Origin: Thermodesulfobacteriota bacterium
GTDB lineage: Bacteria > Desulfobacterota_D > UBA1144 > Nemesobacterales > N074bin48
NCBI GenBank assembly: GCA_041572575.1
Contig: JBFFSH010000001.1
Span: 11,341 to 75,340, forward strand
Direction: 5' to 3'
Length of the DNA stretch: 64,000 bases
Part shown: positions 1 to 9,559 of the stretch, in pieces
Layout of the letters: every line of letters starts with the position of its first letter
Numbering within the stretch: the first letter of the stretch is position 1
Made by a program: the position numbers and the translations under genes
The notes under the pieces: generated by a model
Database searches by the model: none
Told to the model about the DNA's origin: nothing
Seen by the model: only the letters and a program-made list of their open reading frames with translations

Positions 1-880
1 GGAGCACATCATCCTTTAAGAACTGTCTGTAATTATCATTAAGATTGAAATCACTAAGTGAACTAAGGCCGGAAATCTTTACCTCCAATCTATCAAGTTT
101 CCTTGGATTATCAATAGTTTTAGATGCAGATATTGCAGTTTTTTCTGTAATATCAACCCTTGCAAGATTTTGATAGCCAGATAAATCCTCATTTTCCTTT
201 ATCGCAACGAGTCCAAGTGAAGATTGGTCCCTAAGAAGCTCCCCTTTATCAGAAATCCATACATTTGATTCAGAATCATTAAAATTAACCTTTATTTTGT
301 GTGCGTTATAACTACCGGTAGATAGATCAATTTTTTCCCTTCCCATAATCTCAATATCGGCTTTTATATCCTCCAGTTTAGACCCCATCAGGAGCATTGA
401 AGGTTCAAAAATATGTAGATTATATTGTTTGCCGGCTGTAAGATCCTGTTTTACTAACCATTTATAAATATAAGAAATTACTACAGGCTCATTAACTATA
501 TCCTGAGTAAATTCCGATTGTCCTGATACGGTGGATGTTTGAAATTTTAGCTTCTTCCCGTATCTTTGGCCTACAGTTTCCAGCTTGAGCCCGACCGAGT
601 TCATTTTGAACTCAAAATTCATTAAATTGCCATTATTTAAGATATATTTTGCAGTAATCTCCATATCGCTTTCAGCGCCTAGCAGTATCATCTTGAGCTT
701 AGAGTATTCATTTATGGTTAAAATATTTCCGTTATTAGTATATGTTGTCTTATTAAAACCTACTCTTTTATTATCTGAATAAATTCCTGAAAACTCTGTG
801 GTCTCAGTCTGCTCAGAATGCGCAGCAGAGAAACTTAAGAATAGTCCAAATATTAAAAGTACTAACACTGACTTTGTCAT
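1..880 (-). CDS. Exported hypothetical protein. 5' end complete (ATG at 880..878); 3' end runs off the window.
   Basis: Manual reverse-complement translation is open from 880 to 1 and begins MTKSVLVLLIFGLFLSFSAAHSEQ, which looks like a signal peptide. The ORF track omits it because it has no stop in the window. Confidence 0.6.
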   Translation of the reverse strand, partial: MTKSVLVLLIFGLFLSFSAAHSEQTETTEFSGIYSDNKRVGFNKTTYTNNGNILTINEYSKLKMILLGAESDMEITAKYILNNGNLMNFEFKMNSVGLKLETVGQRYGKKLKFQTSTVSGQSEFTQDIVNEPVVISYIYKWLVKQDLTAGKQYNLHIFEPSMLLMGSKLEDIKADIEIMGREKIDLSTGSYNAHKIKVNFNDSESNVWISDKGELLRDQSSLGLVAIKENEDLSGYQNLARVDITEKTAISASKTIDNPRKLDRLEVKISGLSSLSDFNLNDNYRQFLKDDVL

Positions 881-893
881 AGTTAATTATAAC

Positions 894-1310
894 CTACTGT
901 ATATCATGTTTATTACTGTCTAGGGCATTTATTATCATAAATACCTTGTTTGACCTTACGGTAACCTTATCGCCCGTATAAAATGTAATCACAAACTGCA
1001 GATCCCCCTTTGCTGTAAAAGGGTAGTCAATATAATTTCTATATATACTCCCATCCTCTACAAAAGAAAAGTCTGATACTTTGGAGGGAAAGTCTGGTTC
1101 CTGCCCATAAACCACGGCATCCCTTATGATCATTTGAGCATTTTTTTCGTAACTCTTTTCTATCCCGAAATCGATTTTACCAAAATATTTATGAACATTT
1201 AACGAACTGAAAATGACAATTAAATCCTTCTCTTCCAATTTGAATGACTCTATTGTCGATTCGGTAACCTCAAAAGCATACTGAAAAAGATCTTCACTTA
1301 TCTTGTCCAT
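894..1310 (-). CDS. Hypothetical cytoplasmic protein, 138 aa, 13 nt upstream of the exported protein on the same strand.
   Basis: ORF track. No recognisable motifs. Tight spacing suggests co-transcription with 1..880. Confidence 0.5.
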   Translation of the reverse strand: MDKISEDLFQYAFEVTESTIESFKLEEKDLIVIFSSLNVHKYFGKIDFGIEKSYEKNAQMIIRDAVVYGQEPDFPSKVSDFSFVEDGSIYRNYIDYPFTAKGDLQFVITFYTGDKVTVRSNKVFMIINALDSNKHDIQ

Positions 1311-1486
1311 GAATATTAATGTTATATCAAACTAATAATCAGAAGATATGTTACGCATCAAAACTAATACTTATGTCTAAATATATAGTGATCTAGAATA
1401 AAATCCATAGCTGATACCGGACATGAAAATAATATTCTATTTTAATTGGCAAGCTACTTATTGACATATTGTATTTATATATTATT

Positions 1487-1511
1487 TTAATATTAAACTA
1501 TTTAATATCAA
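1487..1511. promoter_or_regulatory. Imperfect 11-bp inverted repeat (TTAATATTAAA-cta-TTTAATATCAA) about 24 nt upstream of the marR-like start. Candidate MarR operator.
   Basis: Read directly from the sequence, with one mismatch between arms. A TTGACA hexamer sits at 1461-1466. Confidence 0.3.
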
Positions 1512-1534
1512 TGCATTATTGAGTTTAATAAATT

Positions 1535-1987
1535 ATGGCAACTAAATATAAAGGGACAAGAAGAGAAGTTGGATCGCTAAACGCATTTATTAATCTGCTT
1601 AGAGCCGCAGGCTCCATTGAAGGCAGACTTTCCAAAAATCTTGGAGGATCTGATCTTACAACAAGTCAGTTCGGAGTGCTCGAAGCACTTTTTCACCTGG
1701 GCCCGTTAAACCAGAAGCAGTTAGGAGAAAAAATATTAAAATCAGGAGGCAATATCACCAAAGTAGTCGATAACCTTGAGAAAAAGGGCCTTGTGACAAG
1801 AGAAAAAAATCTGAAGGACAGGCGTTTTTACAACATTGCGCTTACGCAAAAGGGAACAGATATTATAAAATCAATATTCCCGTTGCATGTAAAGGAAATA
1901 GTAAAAGAATTTAGCATTCTTACAGAAACTGAACTCTCAGAGCTTAGGAAACTAACAAGATGTTTAGGCAAACAAAGAAGGGACTAA
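1535..1987 (+). CDS. MarR-family transcriptional regulator.
   Basis: Winged-helix MarR signature region: TTSQFGVLEALFHLGPLNQKQLGEKILKSGGNITKVVDNLEKKGLVTREKNLKDRR. Confidence 0.85.
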   Translation: MATKYKGTRREVGSLNAFINLLRAAGSIEGRLSKNLGGSDLTTSQFGVLEALFHLGPLNQKQLGEKILKSGGNITKVVDNLEKKGLVTREKNLKDRRFYNIALTQKGTDIIKSIFPLHVKEIVKEFSILTETELSELRKLTRCLGKQRRD

Positions 1988-2010
1988 ATATTTAATAGGG
2001 GGGATTTATC

Positions 2011-2715
2011 ATGATACAGATAAGAAAGGCTGAGGATAGAGGAAGTTCTACTATTGACTGGCTGGAAAGTTATCACACATTTTCATTTGGACAATATTAT
2101 GACCCGGACAATATGCAGTTTGGCTATCTAAGAGTAATTAACGAGGACAATATAAAACCCTCCGGAGGCTTTGGAACTCATCCGCACCGAGACATGGAGA
2201 TCATTACCGTTATGATAGACGGACAGCTTGCCCACAAAGACAGCATGGGAAACGGATCTGTTATAAAAAAGGGAGATATTCAAAAAATGACAGCGGGCTC
2301 GGGGATTATGCACAGTGAATTTAATGCATCAGACACAAAAGATGCTCATCTGCTTCAGATCTGGATTACTCCAAACAAGATGGGGCTTGATCCCGGATAT
2401 GAGCAGATTTCTTTGGATAACCTTGGTAGTTTTGAACAAATCAAGCTAATAGCTTCAGCAAACGCAGATACCAAAAAAGGTATAATCAATATTAACCAGA
2501 ATATCGATCTGTTTATCGGTAATTTGGCAAGCGGTAAAAAAGTCGAATTCATCTCCGTTGAGTCTAACAAAATATGGGTTCAAATGATAAGCGGAGAATT
2601 ATCAATTAACAATATAGATATGAAAAGCGGAGACGGTGCTGCTATTACAGATAATTCAAAATTAGAGATTAAATCAAAAAAAGAATCACAGTTTTTAATT
2701 TTTGAAATGAAATAA
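2011..2715 (+). CDS. Pirin-family cupin protein.
   Basis: N-terminal cupin with HPHRDMEIITVMIDG and a metal-binding His cluster (HxH...H...E pattern). 23 nt after marR. Confidence 0.8.
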   Translation: MIQIRKAEDRGSSTIDWLESYHTFSFGQYYDPDNMQFGYLRVINEDNIKPSGGFGTHPHRDMEIITVMIDGQLAHKDSMGNGSVIKKGDIQKMTAGSGIMHSEFNASDTKDAHLLQIWITPNKMGLDPGYEQISLDNLGSFEQIKLIASANADTKKGIININQNIDLFIGNLASGKKVEFISVESNKIWVQMISGELSINNIDMKSGDGAAITDNSKLEIKSKKESQFLIFEMK

Positions 2716-2732
2716 TTCAAAGGAGATAGAGC

Positions 2733-3335
2733 ATGAGCAAAATAAACGTATTAGAGCACAGAATACCGGAATACCCGGTGGATAAATTATTTATCACTCG
2801 CTGGTCACCAAGAGCAATGTCTGGTGAAGCAATAACAAAAGAAGAGCTAATGTCACTTTTTGAGGCTGCAAGGTGGGCACCTTCTGCATTTAATAATCAG
2901 TCATGGAGATTTTTGTATTCACTTAAGGGATCAGAAACCTGGGATACATATTTCGGGCTTCTTGCAGAAGGTAATCAGGCCTGGGTCAACAATGCAGGGG
3001 CTTTAGTTTTGATATTATCAAAGACCACATTTGATTATAATGGAAAGCCAACAAAAACCCATGCGTTTGATATGGGTGCAGCATGGGGAAGTTTTGCACT
3101 ACAGGGCTCAGCAAATGGTCTTGTAATTCACGGTATGCAGGGGTTTGATTATGATAGAGCTAAAACAGAGCTTAAAATACCAGATAGTTATGATATACAG
3201 GCAATGGCTGCAGTGGGAAAACCCGGCAATCCCGCAAGCCTTCCGCAAAAATTAAGAGATATGGAAATACCATCGACCAGAAAGAGCTTGAGTGAAATTG
3301 CAGTTCAAGATGCATCTCTTTTAATAACTGATTGA
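2733..3335 (+). CDS. Nitroreductase-family protein.
   Basis: Length about 200 aa and the WSPRAMS / FNNQSWRF region are typical of NAD(P)H nitroreductase-like proteins. Confidence 0.7.
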   Translation: MSKINVLEHRIPEYPVDKLFITRWSPRAMSGEAITKEELMSLFEAARWAPSAFNNQSWRFLYSLKGSETWDTYFGLLAEGNQAWVNNAGALVLILSKTTFDYNGKPTKTHAFDMGAAWGSFALQGSANGLVIHGMQGFDYDRAKTELKIPDSYDIQAMAAVGKPGNPASLPQKLRDMEIPSTRKSLSEIAVQDASLLITD

Positions 3336-4447
3336 CACCTGCTAAACTGTTGGGTTCAATAATTGCCGCTATGGATTGCCCAACTCTTTCAAACAAGGTC
3401 ATTAATAATGAAAGGCTAACCGAACAAGACGGCCTGTATATGCTTCAAAACTGCGATATGCTCCAGCTTGGCGCTCTTGCCAACTGGATGCGTAAGAAGT
3501 TTAATCCCGAGGGTTATGTTACCTTCGTGGCTGATACTAACCCTAATTACACAAACGTATGTGATACAGAGTGTCTTTTTTGCGCATTCTGGAGACCAGC
3601 GGGGGCAAATGATGCTTATACCATGACGGTGGATGAGGTCATTGACTCGATGAGAACCTCTTTTCATAACGGGGCAACGACGGTGCTGCTTCAGGGCGGG
3701 CATAACCCGGAGATAGGGCTTGATTATTATCTCGATATTATAAAGAAATGGAAACAGGAAATCCCCGATCTTCACCTGCATGCTTTCTCGGCTCCGGAGA
3801 TTAGCGCAATAGCCAAGTATTCAGGCATTGAAACAAAAGAAATTCTACAGCAGTTTTGGGATGCGGGGCTAAGGACAATCCCCGGTGGTGGAGCAGAGGT
3901 TCTTAGCAACAGGACAAGAAAAAAGATAAGCCCACTAAAGATCGATGCCGATCAGTGGATGAAGGTCACCAGAGAAGCGCATGAAATAGGCTTTAAAACT
4001 ACAGCAACGATGATGTTTGGTCATTTTGAAGAGGATGAGGATATTATTGAACATCTGGAGAGGATTAGGCAGCTTCAGGACGAGTTTGGCAATTTCCTGG
4101 CCTTTATTCCGTGGACATTTAAACCAAAGAACACGTTTTTGGAACGGAAACTTCCAAATGAGATAGGTGGTGAAAGATACCTGCGAGTTTTAGCGCTATG
4201 CAGGATTTATCTGGATAATTTTCAGCATGTTCAGGGCTCATGGTTCACTCAGGGCAAAAAAATGGGTTCAATAACCATGAACTATGGAGCAAGCGACATG
4301 GGCGGCACGCTTTACGATGAAAACGTACTCGGCTGCGCAGAGAATAAACTACGTTCTACAGTTGATGAACTGGTATATATGATAAAAAGCGCCGGATTTA
4401 AACCTGCACAAAGAGACACCTTTTATAATATAATAAAAGAGTTTTAA
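3332..4447 (+). CDS. Radical SAM enzyme of the MqnE/MqnC/CofH family (futalosine-pathway-like).
   Basis: CDTECLFCAF is a Cx3Cx2C radical-SAM cluster motif. The 371 aa length and overall similarity fit aminofutalosine synthase or cyclic dehypoxanthinyl-futalosine synthase. There is a 4-nt overlap with the upstream nitroreductase gene. Confidence 0.7.
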   Translation: MTPAKLLGSIIAAMDCPTLSNKVINNERLTEQDGLYMLQNCDMLQLGALANWMRKKFNPEGYVTFVADTNPNYTNVCDTECLFCAFWRPAGANDAYTMTVDEVIDSMRTSFHNGATTVLLQGGHNPEIGLDYYLDIIKKWKQEIPDLHLHAFSAPEISAIAKYSGIETKEILQQFWDAGLRTIPGGGAEVLSNRTRKKISPLKIDADQWMKVTREAHEIGFKTTATMMFGHFEEDEDIIEHLERIRQLQDEFGNFLAFIPWTFKPKNTFLERKLPNEIGGERYLRVLALCRIYLDNFQHVQGSWFTQGKKMGSITMNYGASDMGGTLYDENVLGCAENKLRSTVDELVYMIKSAGFKPAQRDTFYNIIKEF

Positions 4448-4640
4448 TATCTTGCGTATCCTTTTTCTAACACTCTCAAGCTAAATATCTCAAACTATTA
4501 GTTAACAGCCCATTAATCGTGAAATGTTTAACTATATATAACCCTCTTTAGGTTAATGCTCTTTAACTTCTACTAATCTTGAGATTAAAAACAGATACCG
4601 GGAGTTTACCTTGCGGTTTTTTCTATTATAGAAAATTTTA

Positions 4641-4673
4641 GAGGCTGTCCAAACTTAATATTCGAACAGCCTC
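4641..4673. terminator. Hairpin (GAGGCTGT...ACAGCCTC, 8-bp stem) between the convergent radical-SAM and HAMP genes. Possible bidirectional terminator.
   Basis: Inverted repeat read from the sequence. It is flanked by A/T-rich runs on both sides. Confidence 0.4.
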
Positions 4674-4700
4674 AATATTAACAGTGAATTAATTTATAGA

Positions 4701-5606
4701 TTATTTTTTAATCTTGTCTATCATAGACACGATACTTCTTCTCATCAGTTCAAACGATCTTGACAGATTACCAATCTCATCATTTCTATTAATTTCTATC
4801 CTTTCTTCAATATTACCTCTACTGATAGATTCAGCTTTTCTAGTAATATCTAATATTGGTGAAATGATGTTCTTTCTTACCTGTAAATTTATAATCACAA
4901 AAACAATAAAAAACAATATTGTTACAAATCCTATAATATATAGACTTCTTTTTAATGTAATTTCATTAACATCACTAAGTGGCACACCCACAACACTAAG
5001 TCCTACTACTTCTCCCATTTTATAGTTATAACCACTTCTATAGCCGTATGCATTAACTATCTCGGGCGGCACTGTTTGGGGGGTGTTATGACATTTCATA
5101 CACCCAGCTTTACTTACACTTGGTCTTGAGGATACTAGATAGTCTTTACCATTAATTACCCCTTTTTCTGTAATTTCTTTAAGATCTTTATCATCTCTAA
5201 ACCTCTGCAGCAGTGTTTCTTCAAGCCCTATTGCAGTATTTGCCGAATTCAATGGATTATCAGAAGCAATTTTAATGTAGTAGCCTTCCTGTTTTTCCAA
5301 AAACCTTCCTGCAACCCTACCCGTTGCCACTGTACTGGATACTGCAGGCGCTAATATTATATTTTTTTCCAGCAATGTGGGTCTTACATCTTCAGCAATA
5401 TATGTTCTGAGTGATTTAACAAAATCGACTAGGATCGAGAGTTCCTTTTCAGCAGCACTCTCAGTTTGATTTTTTGTAACTGTATAAATAATCGGAACAG
5501 TTGCTATGATAACAAACAGGTATAGAAGAAGAAGTGATATATTGAATTTACTTAATAGACTCCCTCTGTATATACCTTGTGTATTTCCAGTTTGATTAGT
5601 AGCCAT
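4701..5606 (-). CDS. Membrane protein with a periplasmic c-type-heme (CxxCH) sensor-like domain and a C-terminal HAMP domain. No output domain.
   Basis: Two TM segments (LLLLYLFVIIATVPIIYTV and LYIIGFVTILFFIVFVIINL). CMKCH heme-c motif lies between them. A HAMP-like segment follows TM2 and the protein ends about 60 aa later. Confidence 0.6.
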   Translation of the reverse strand: MATNQTGNTQGIYRGSLLSKFNISLLLLYLFVIIATVPIIYTVTKNQTESAAEKELSILVDFVKSLRTYIAEDVRPTLLEKNIILAPAVSSTVATGRVAGRFLEKQEGYYIKIASDNPLNSANTAIGLEETLLQRFRDDKDLKEITEKGVINGKDYLVSSRPSVSKAGCMKCHNTPQTVPPEIVNAYGYRSGYNYKMGEVVGLSVVGVPLSDVNEITLKRSLYIIGFVTILFFIVFVIINLQVRKNIISPILDITRKAESISRGNIEERIEINRNDEIGNLSRSFELMRRSIVSMIDKIKK

Positions 5607-5632
5607 ATTTACCCTCCATGAATATTAATTTT

Positions 5633-6190
5633 TTATTTTGAATATTTTTTTACCAAGTTATTAGCTATATCCAGAAATTTTTTCGAATCAGCTCCATCAT
5701 TAATATTGCCCGCAAGAAATATCAAAAATTGAGTTAACTGTTCCGATGTTAAACTTTCCCCTGTAAGTACATTTTGCTTTGTTTCATCAAATATAAATGA
5801 CGCTGCAGGGCCCAGATAATCTGTAAGAAGCGCTTTAACTTCTTCTGAAAACTTATACATATCAGAAATTTGCAAATCACTATCACTACTTCTAATTTGA
5901 GAAATATTTTTATTAATTACCTCATTATCAGAATCTATTAATTTAAGACGGTCCACAATAGACTGAATCTGAGCAGGGATATCAGATTTAATAAGGTGCT
6001 TGCTATCTATGAACCTAAGTGAGAGAAACTCAGTATTGATCAAATCTTCCATAGCCTTATTACCCATAAAAGCACCACATCTAAGTCCTACAATTTCACC
6101 CTTATCGAAAGAAAGCTGCGCAGACTTGTTATTCGCACATAAAACAATTAGATTTCCAGTCAGTTTTTTATTAATTATTCCATTTATCAT
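5633..6190 (-). CDS. Hypothetical protein, possibly DUF4388-like.
   Basis: The N-terminal LTGNLIVLCANNKSAQLSFDKGEIVGLRCGAF resembles the DUF4388 core. Recalled similarity only. It sits 26 nt upstream of the heme-HAMP gene. Confidence 0.4.
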   Translation of the reverse strand: MINGIINKKLTGNLIVLCANNKSAQLSFDKGEIVGLRCGAFMGNKAMEDLINTEFLSLRFIDSKHLIKSDIPAQIQSIVDRLKLIDSDNEVINKNISQIRSSDSDLQISDMYKFSEEVKALLTDYLGPAASFIFDETKQNVLTGESLTSEQLTQFLIFLAGNINDGADSKKFLDIANNLVKKYSK

Positions 6191-6553
6191 TTATATCATC
6201 TCAACAAATATTGAAGAATATTTTACAACTAATATATTATATAGTAGCAAAAACTATGCCAATAGTCGCATATCGATATTTATTGGGAAAACACTTTAAC
6301 TAACTGAGATTAAAGGAACTTTTTATTAATTGGATTACAGGGAAAACAAGTTAGGGAAACATTTTCCGATAATAGGGGAATTATCCCCCCATAATTCCCT
6401 GAAATAATATAAATTACTGTAATTATTACACTTACAGGCGCTCTGCTCACAATACTTGCCGTGATTCGCTGCAAATTACAAAGTATCCCCTATTCATTCA
6501 AGGTTAGCTGAGAGCACATGAGAACGTAAATTGTCACATATGATTTATAGTAC

Positions 6554-7531
6554 TCATTCATCAAAACTTAAAACCACATTGCTTCTTTTATGACCGGTTT
6601 CTATGAGTCTGTGAGCCTCAGCTATTTCATGAGGCTTATAGGTCTTGCTAATAGTAGGTTTAATCACTCCCGACTCGGCAAGCTCTTTGAGAAACGTCAT
6701 ATCCTTTGCCTGTTTGTAAGCAGGCCTTAGACCCGTGGCAGCAAAGATCACTTTTTTGCTGCCTATTATGGAAGTCCATAGCATCCAAGTGAGATGAGTA
6801 AAGGTAAACACAGTTGCAAGGTAGACCCCGCTTTGTTTAAGTATATTCTTACACTTGCAATAAGAGCTTTTGCCTACCGTGTCGAAAACAAAATCGTAAC
6901 TATATGAACCTCTGGTAAAATCCACAGATGTATAGTCGATAACATGATCTGCACCAAGGGATTTTACAAAATCCAGGTTTGGGGTGCTGCACACTCCGGT
7001 GACCTCTGCGCCAAAGTGTTTTGCAAGCTGCACAGCAGACGACCCAACGCTGCCAGAAGCTCCGTTTATAAGGATTTTTTGTCCGCTTGTGATTTTTGCC
7101 TCATCTCTAAGGAATGGCAGTGCCGTGTTTCCTCCTTCACATACACCGGCAGCTTCAGCATAGCTAAGATTGGAAGGCATAAGTGCAAGTGCACCATCCT
7201 CGGCTATGGCTATATATTCAGCATGGGCTCCAAAAGCAGCCCCCGGTGCTCCAATGACTTTGTCACCGATTGTAAAATTCTTAACATCCTTGCCTACAGC
7301 TTCAATCTGTCCGGCAAACTCAGTACCCAATATAGTAGTCCTTGGTTTTAAAATTCCAAAATAAAGCCGTGCAAAATATGGTTCACCCCTTCTAAATGTA
7401 CAATCAGCACTGGATACCACCGCCGCATGGACTTTTATAAGCACTTCATTTTCTTTTGGTACAGGCTTATCTACTTCTACTATTTTTAAAACTTCCGGCG
7501 GTCCATATTGTGTAAATACAATCGCTTTCAT
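6554..7531 (-). CDS. Zinc-independent MDR-family NADPH:quinone oxidoreductase or alcohol dehydrogenase-like protein.
   Basis: GroES-like N-terminus, a Rossmann GASGSVGSSAVQLAK motif, and 325 aa length. Confidence 0.8.
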   Translation of the reverse strand: MKAIVFTQYGPPEVLKIVEVDKPVPKENEVLIKVHAAVVSSADCTFRRGEPYFARLYFGILKPRTTILGTEFAGQIEAVGKDVKNFTIGDKVIGAPGAAFGAHAEYIAIAEDGALALMPSNLSYAEAAGVCEGGNTALPFLRDEAKITSGQKILINGASGSVGSSAVQLAKHFGAEVTGVCSTPNLDFVKSLGADHVIDYTSVDFTRGSYSYDFVFDTVGKSSYCKCKNILKQSGVYLATVFTFTHLTWMLWTSIIGSKKVIFAATGLRPAYKQAKDMTFLKELAESGVIKPTISKTYKPHEIAEAHRLIETGHKRSNVVLSFDE

Positions 7532-8022
7532 TTTATTTCCTTAATTTTCTCAATAACAATATCAATTGCAGCACAATCATCCTCTGTTTGTTCTTCTTTA
7601 ATATTAGTGAAATACCACACCAGGCATGATTTTTGATCAGGTGTTAACATACTTATCCTCTCATCAAACCATGCTTTTCCACTGATACCAATAATGGGGG
7701 ATCTGTCCTCGATAACTGCCTGTGAAAAAATCCAGAACATCTGATCTGTAATTGGTGAACCGGATTTCAGGTCTTCAATTAGGAATGCCGCTATATAATA
7801 TTGAAATCCTCTTGCAGTCAGCACCCCTATGCAGTCATGATGATATCTGAGTAGTTGGGAATCCAGCTGCTGCCAGGTTTTACCTTTTATAGAATCATAA
7901 AAGTCCTCATCCAATCCAAGTGGATGAACCGTGAGGTCATCATCACCCGGATAGGTAATTTCAGAAAAGGCCTGGGTTATACTGTTTATAAGATAATCTT
8001 TTTCCATCTCTAATGAGACCAA
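7528..8022 (-). CDS. Hypothetical protein, 164 aa.
   Basis: ORF track. Its stop overlaps the start of the quinone oxidoreductase gene (ATGA overlap), so the two are translationally coupled. Confidence 0.5.
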   Translation of the reverse strand: MVSLEMEKDYLINSITQAFSEITYPGDDDLTVHPLGLDEDFYDSIKGKTWQQLDSQLLRYHHDCIGVLTARGFQYYIAAFLIEDLKSGSPITDQMFWIFSQAVIEDRSPIIGISGKAWFDERISMLTPDQKSCLVWYFTNIKEEQTEDDCAAIDIVIEKIKEIK

Positions 8023-8182
8023 ACATAAATATGGATTAATTATATAGAAAACACAAAAAGAATGGATAATAAAAATAATACAATATTAATTTTCGCTGTA
8101 CTATCTGTATTATATGGACATCAAGGCGAATTAGTAAGTATTAATTTGCCATTGCATACTGACAAACAGATCAAACATACAA

Positions 8183-8398
8183 TCACGACTCATTAATATT
8201 ATTTAATGCTATCCTTATAATTGATACTACCAGAATTAAACCCACAAGAATAAGAACTGCTGCCAGGATTTCACCAAAACCATTATTGCTAAAACCTATA
8301 TTGAATGTATTATCATACCATTCAGGCATCCTAAAAATTGAAGCACCAAGCAATATCATCCCTATAGCGCTTATTAAGAATAATACTCTTCCTACCAT
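8183..8398 (-). CDS. Small hydrophobic protein with two predicted TM helices.
   Basis: The ORF has two hydrophobic stretches. There is no homology evidence. Confidence 0.3.
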   Translation of the reverse strand: MVGRVLFLISAIGMILLGASIFRMPEWYDNTFNIGFSNNGFGEILAAVLILVGLILVVSIIRIALNNINES

Positions 8399-8480
8399 GG
8401 TCAGATCTAAAAAAACTCCTGATAAAAACTAAAATATTGTTATATTATAACCGACCCCGATACTTTGTGCCAATATTATT

Positions 8481-9488
8481 TTATATTTCTTTATTTTTTT
8501 CATAAACCTGCCCAAGTTCTGCAACAAGCTCTTTTACACCAGTCCCTACAAAAGCAGATAACAACCTGACCGCAAGCCCTCTATTTCTAAAAACTTCTAC
8601 TATTTCTGTTTGTTCATCCTTACTTAGCGTATCAATCTTATTTAGGGCAATAATCATTGGTTTTTCTAGTAACTCTGAAGAAAACTTATTTAATTCTCCC
8701 TGAAGTATTTCAAACTGGCTCACCGGGTCTTTATTGTCAACAGGGGATATATCTATTAAATACAGCAGGATCGATGTCCTCTCTATGTGCTTTAAAAAGT
8801 TAATTCCTAGCCCTGCACCGGTGTGCGCCCCTTCAATCAGACCCGGAATATCTGCAACTACGAATGTTTTGTGTTCCCCATACTCTACAACACCAAGATT
8901 TGGTATGAGCGTTGTAAAAGGATAATCAGCAATCTTGGGCTTTGCAGCAGATATTCTGGATATTAGAGTTGATTTCCCCGCGTTTGGAAACCCTACAATA
9001 CCTATATCAGCAAGAAGCTTAAGCTCCAGGTCAAGGTTTCTCTGCTCCCCTTCTGTCCCCTCTTCAAACTCCCTTGGTGCCTGATTAACTGAGCTTGCAA
9101 ACCTGGCATTTCCCCTGCCCCCGATGCCGCCTCTTGCAATAACATAGGACTCTCCTTGTTGTTTAAGATCATAAATCACTTCACCAGTATCGGCATCTTT
9201 AACAAGAGTCCCAACGGGAAGAGGCACTATAATATCTTGTCCATATTTTCCATGCTGGTTCTTTCCCCTGCCGTTTGCTCCCCTCTGAGCCTTATAAATC
9301 TTCTTATATCTAAAATCCAATAAAGAGTTTATATTTGCATCGGCAAACAATATTACGTTGCCTCCTTTGCCGCCATCACCCCCACTAGGACCGCCCAAAG
9401 GTACAAACTTCTCCCTTCTAAACGCTACGCATCCATCGCCCCCACGCCCGGCAACAACACTTATATTTGCTTCATCAATAAATTTCAT
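8481..9488 (-). CDS. obg: GTPase Obg/CgtA.
   Basis: N-terminal Obg fold (MKFIDEANISVVAGRGGDGCVAFRREKF...GGPSGGDGGKGG). G-domain with GFPNAGKST and DIPGLIEGA. Confidence 0.9.
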   Translation of the reverse strand: MKFIDEANISVVAGRGGDGCVAFRREKFVPLGGPSGGDGGKGGNVILFADANINSLLDFRYKKIYKAQRGANGRGKNQHGKYGQDIIVPLPVGTLVKDADTGEVIYDLKQQGESYVIARGGIGGRGNARFASSVNQAPREFEEGTEGEQRNLDLELKLLADIGIVGFPNAGKSTLISRISAAKPKIADYPFTTLIPNLGVVEYGEHKTFVVADIPGLIEGAHTGAGLGINFLKHIERTSILLYLIDISPVDNKDPVSQFEILQGELNKFSSELLEKPMIIALNKIDTLSKDEQTEIVEVFRNRGLAVRLLSAFVGTGVKELVAELGQVYEKNKEI

Positions 9489-9559
9489 AATACTTTTAGT
9501 AAAACTAATATATCTAAACCCTTGACACTACACGGGCTTATTAATAATATAAAGAACCG

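Noticed and set aside
585-782. 65-aa plus-strand ORF at the window start
   Set aside because: Lies antisense inside the longer signal-peptide-bearing minus-strand ORF (1-880), which is the better gene model.
3416-3781. 121-aa minus-strand ORF
   Set aside because: Antisense within the radical SAM gene. No supporting signals.
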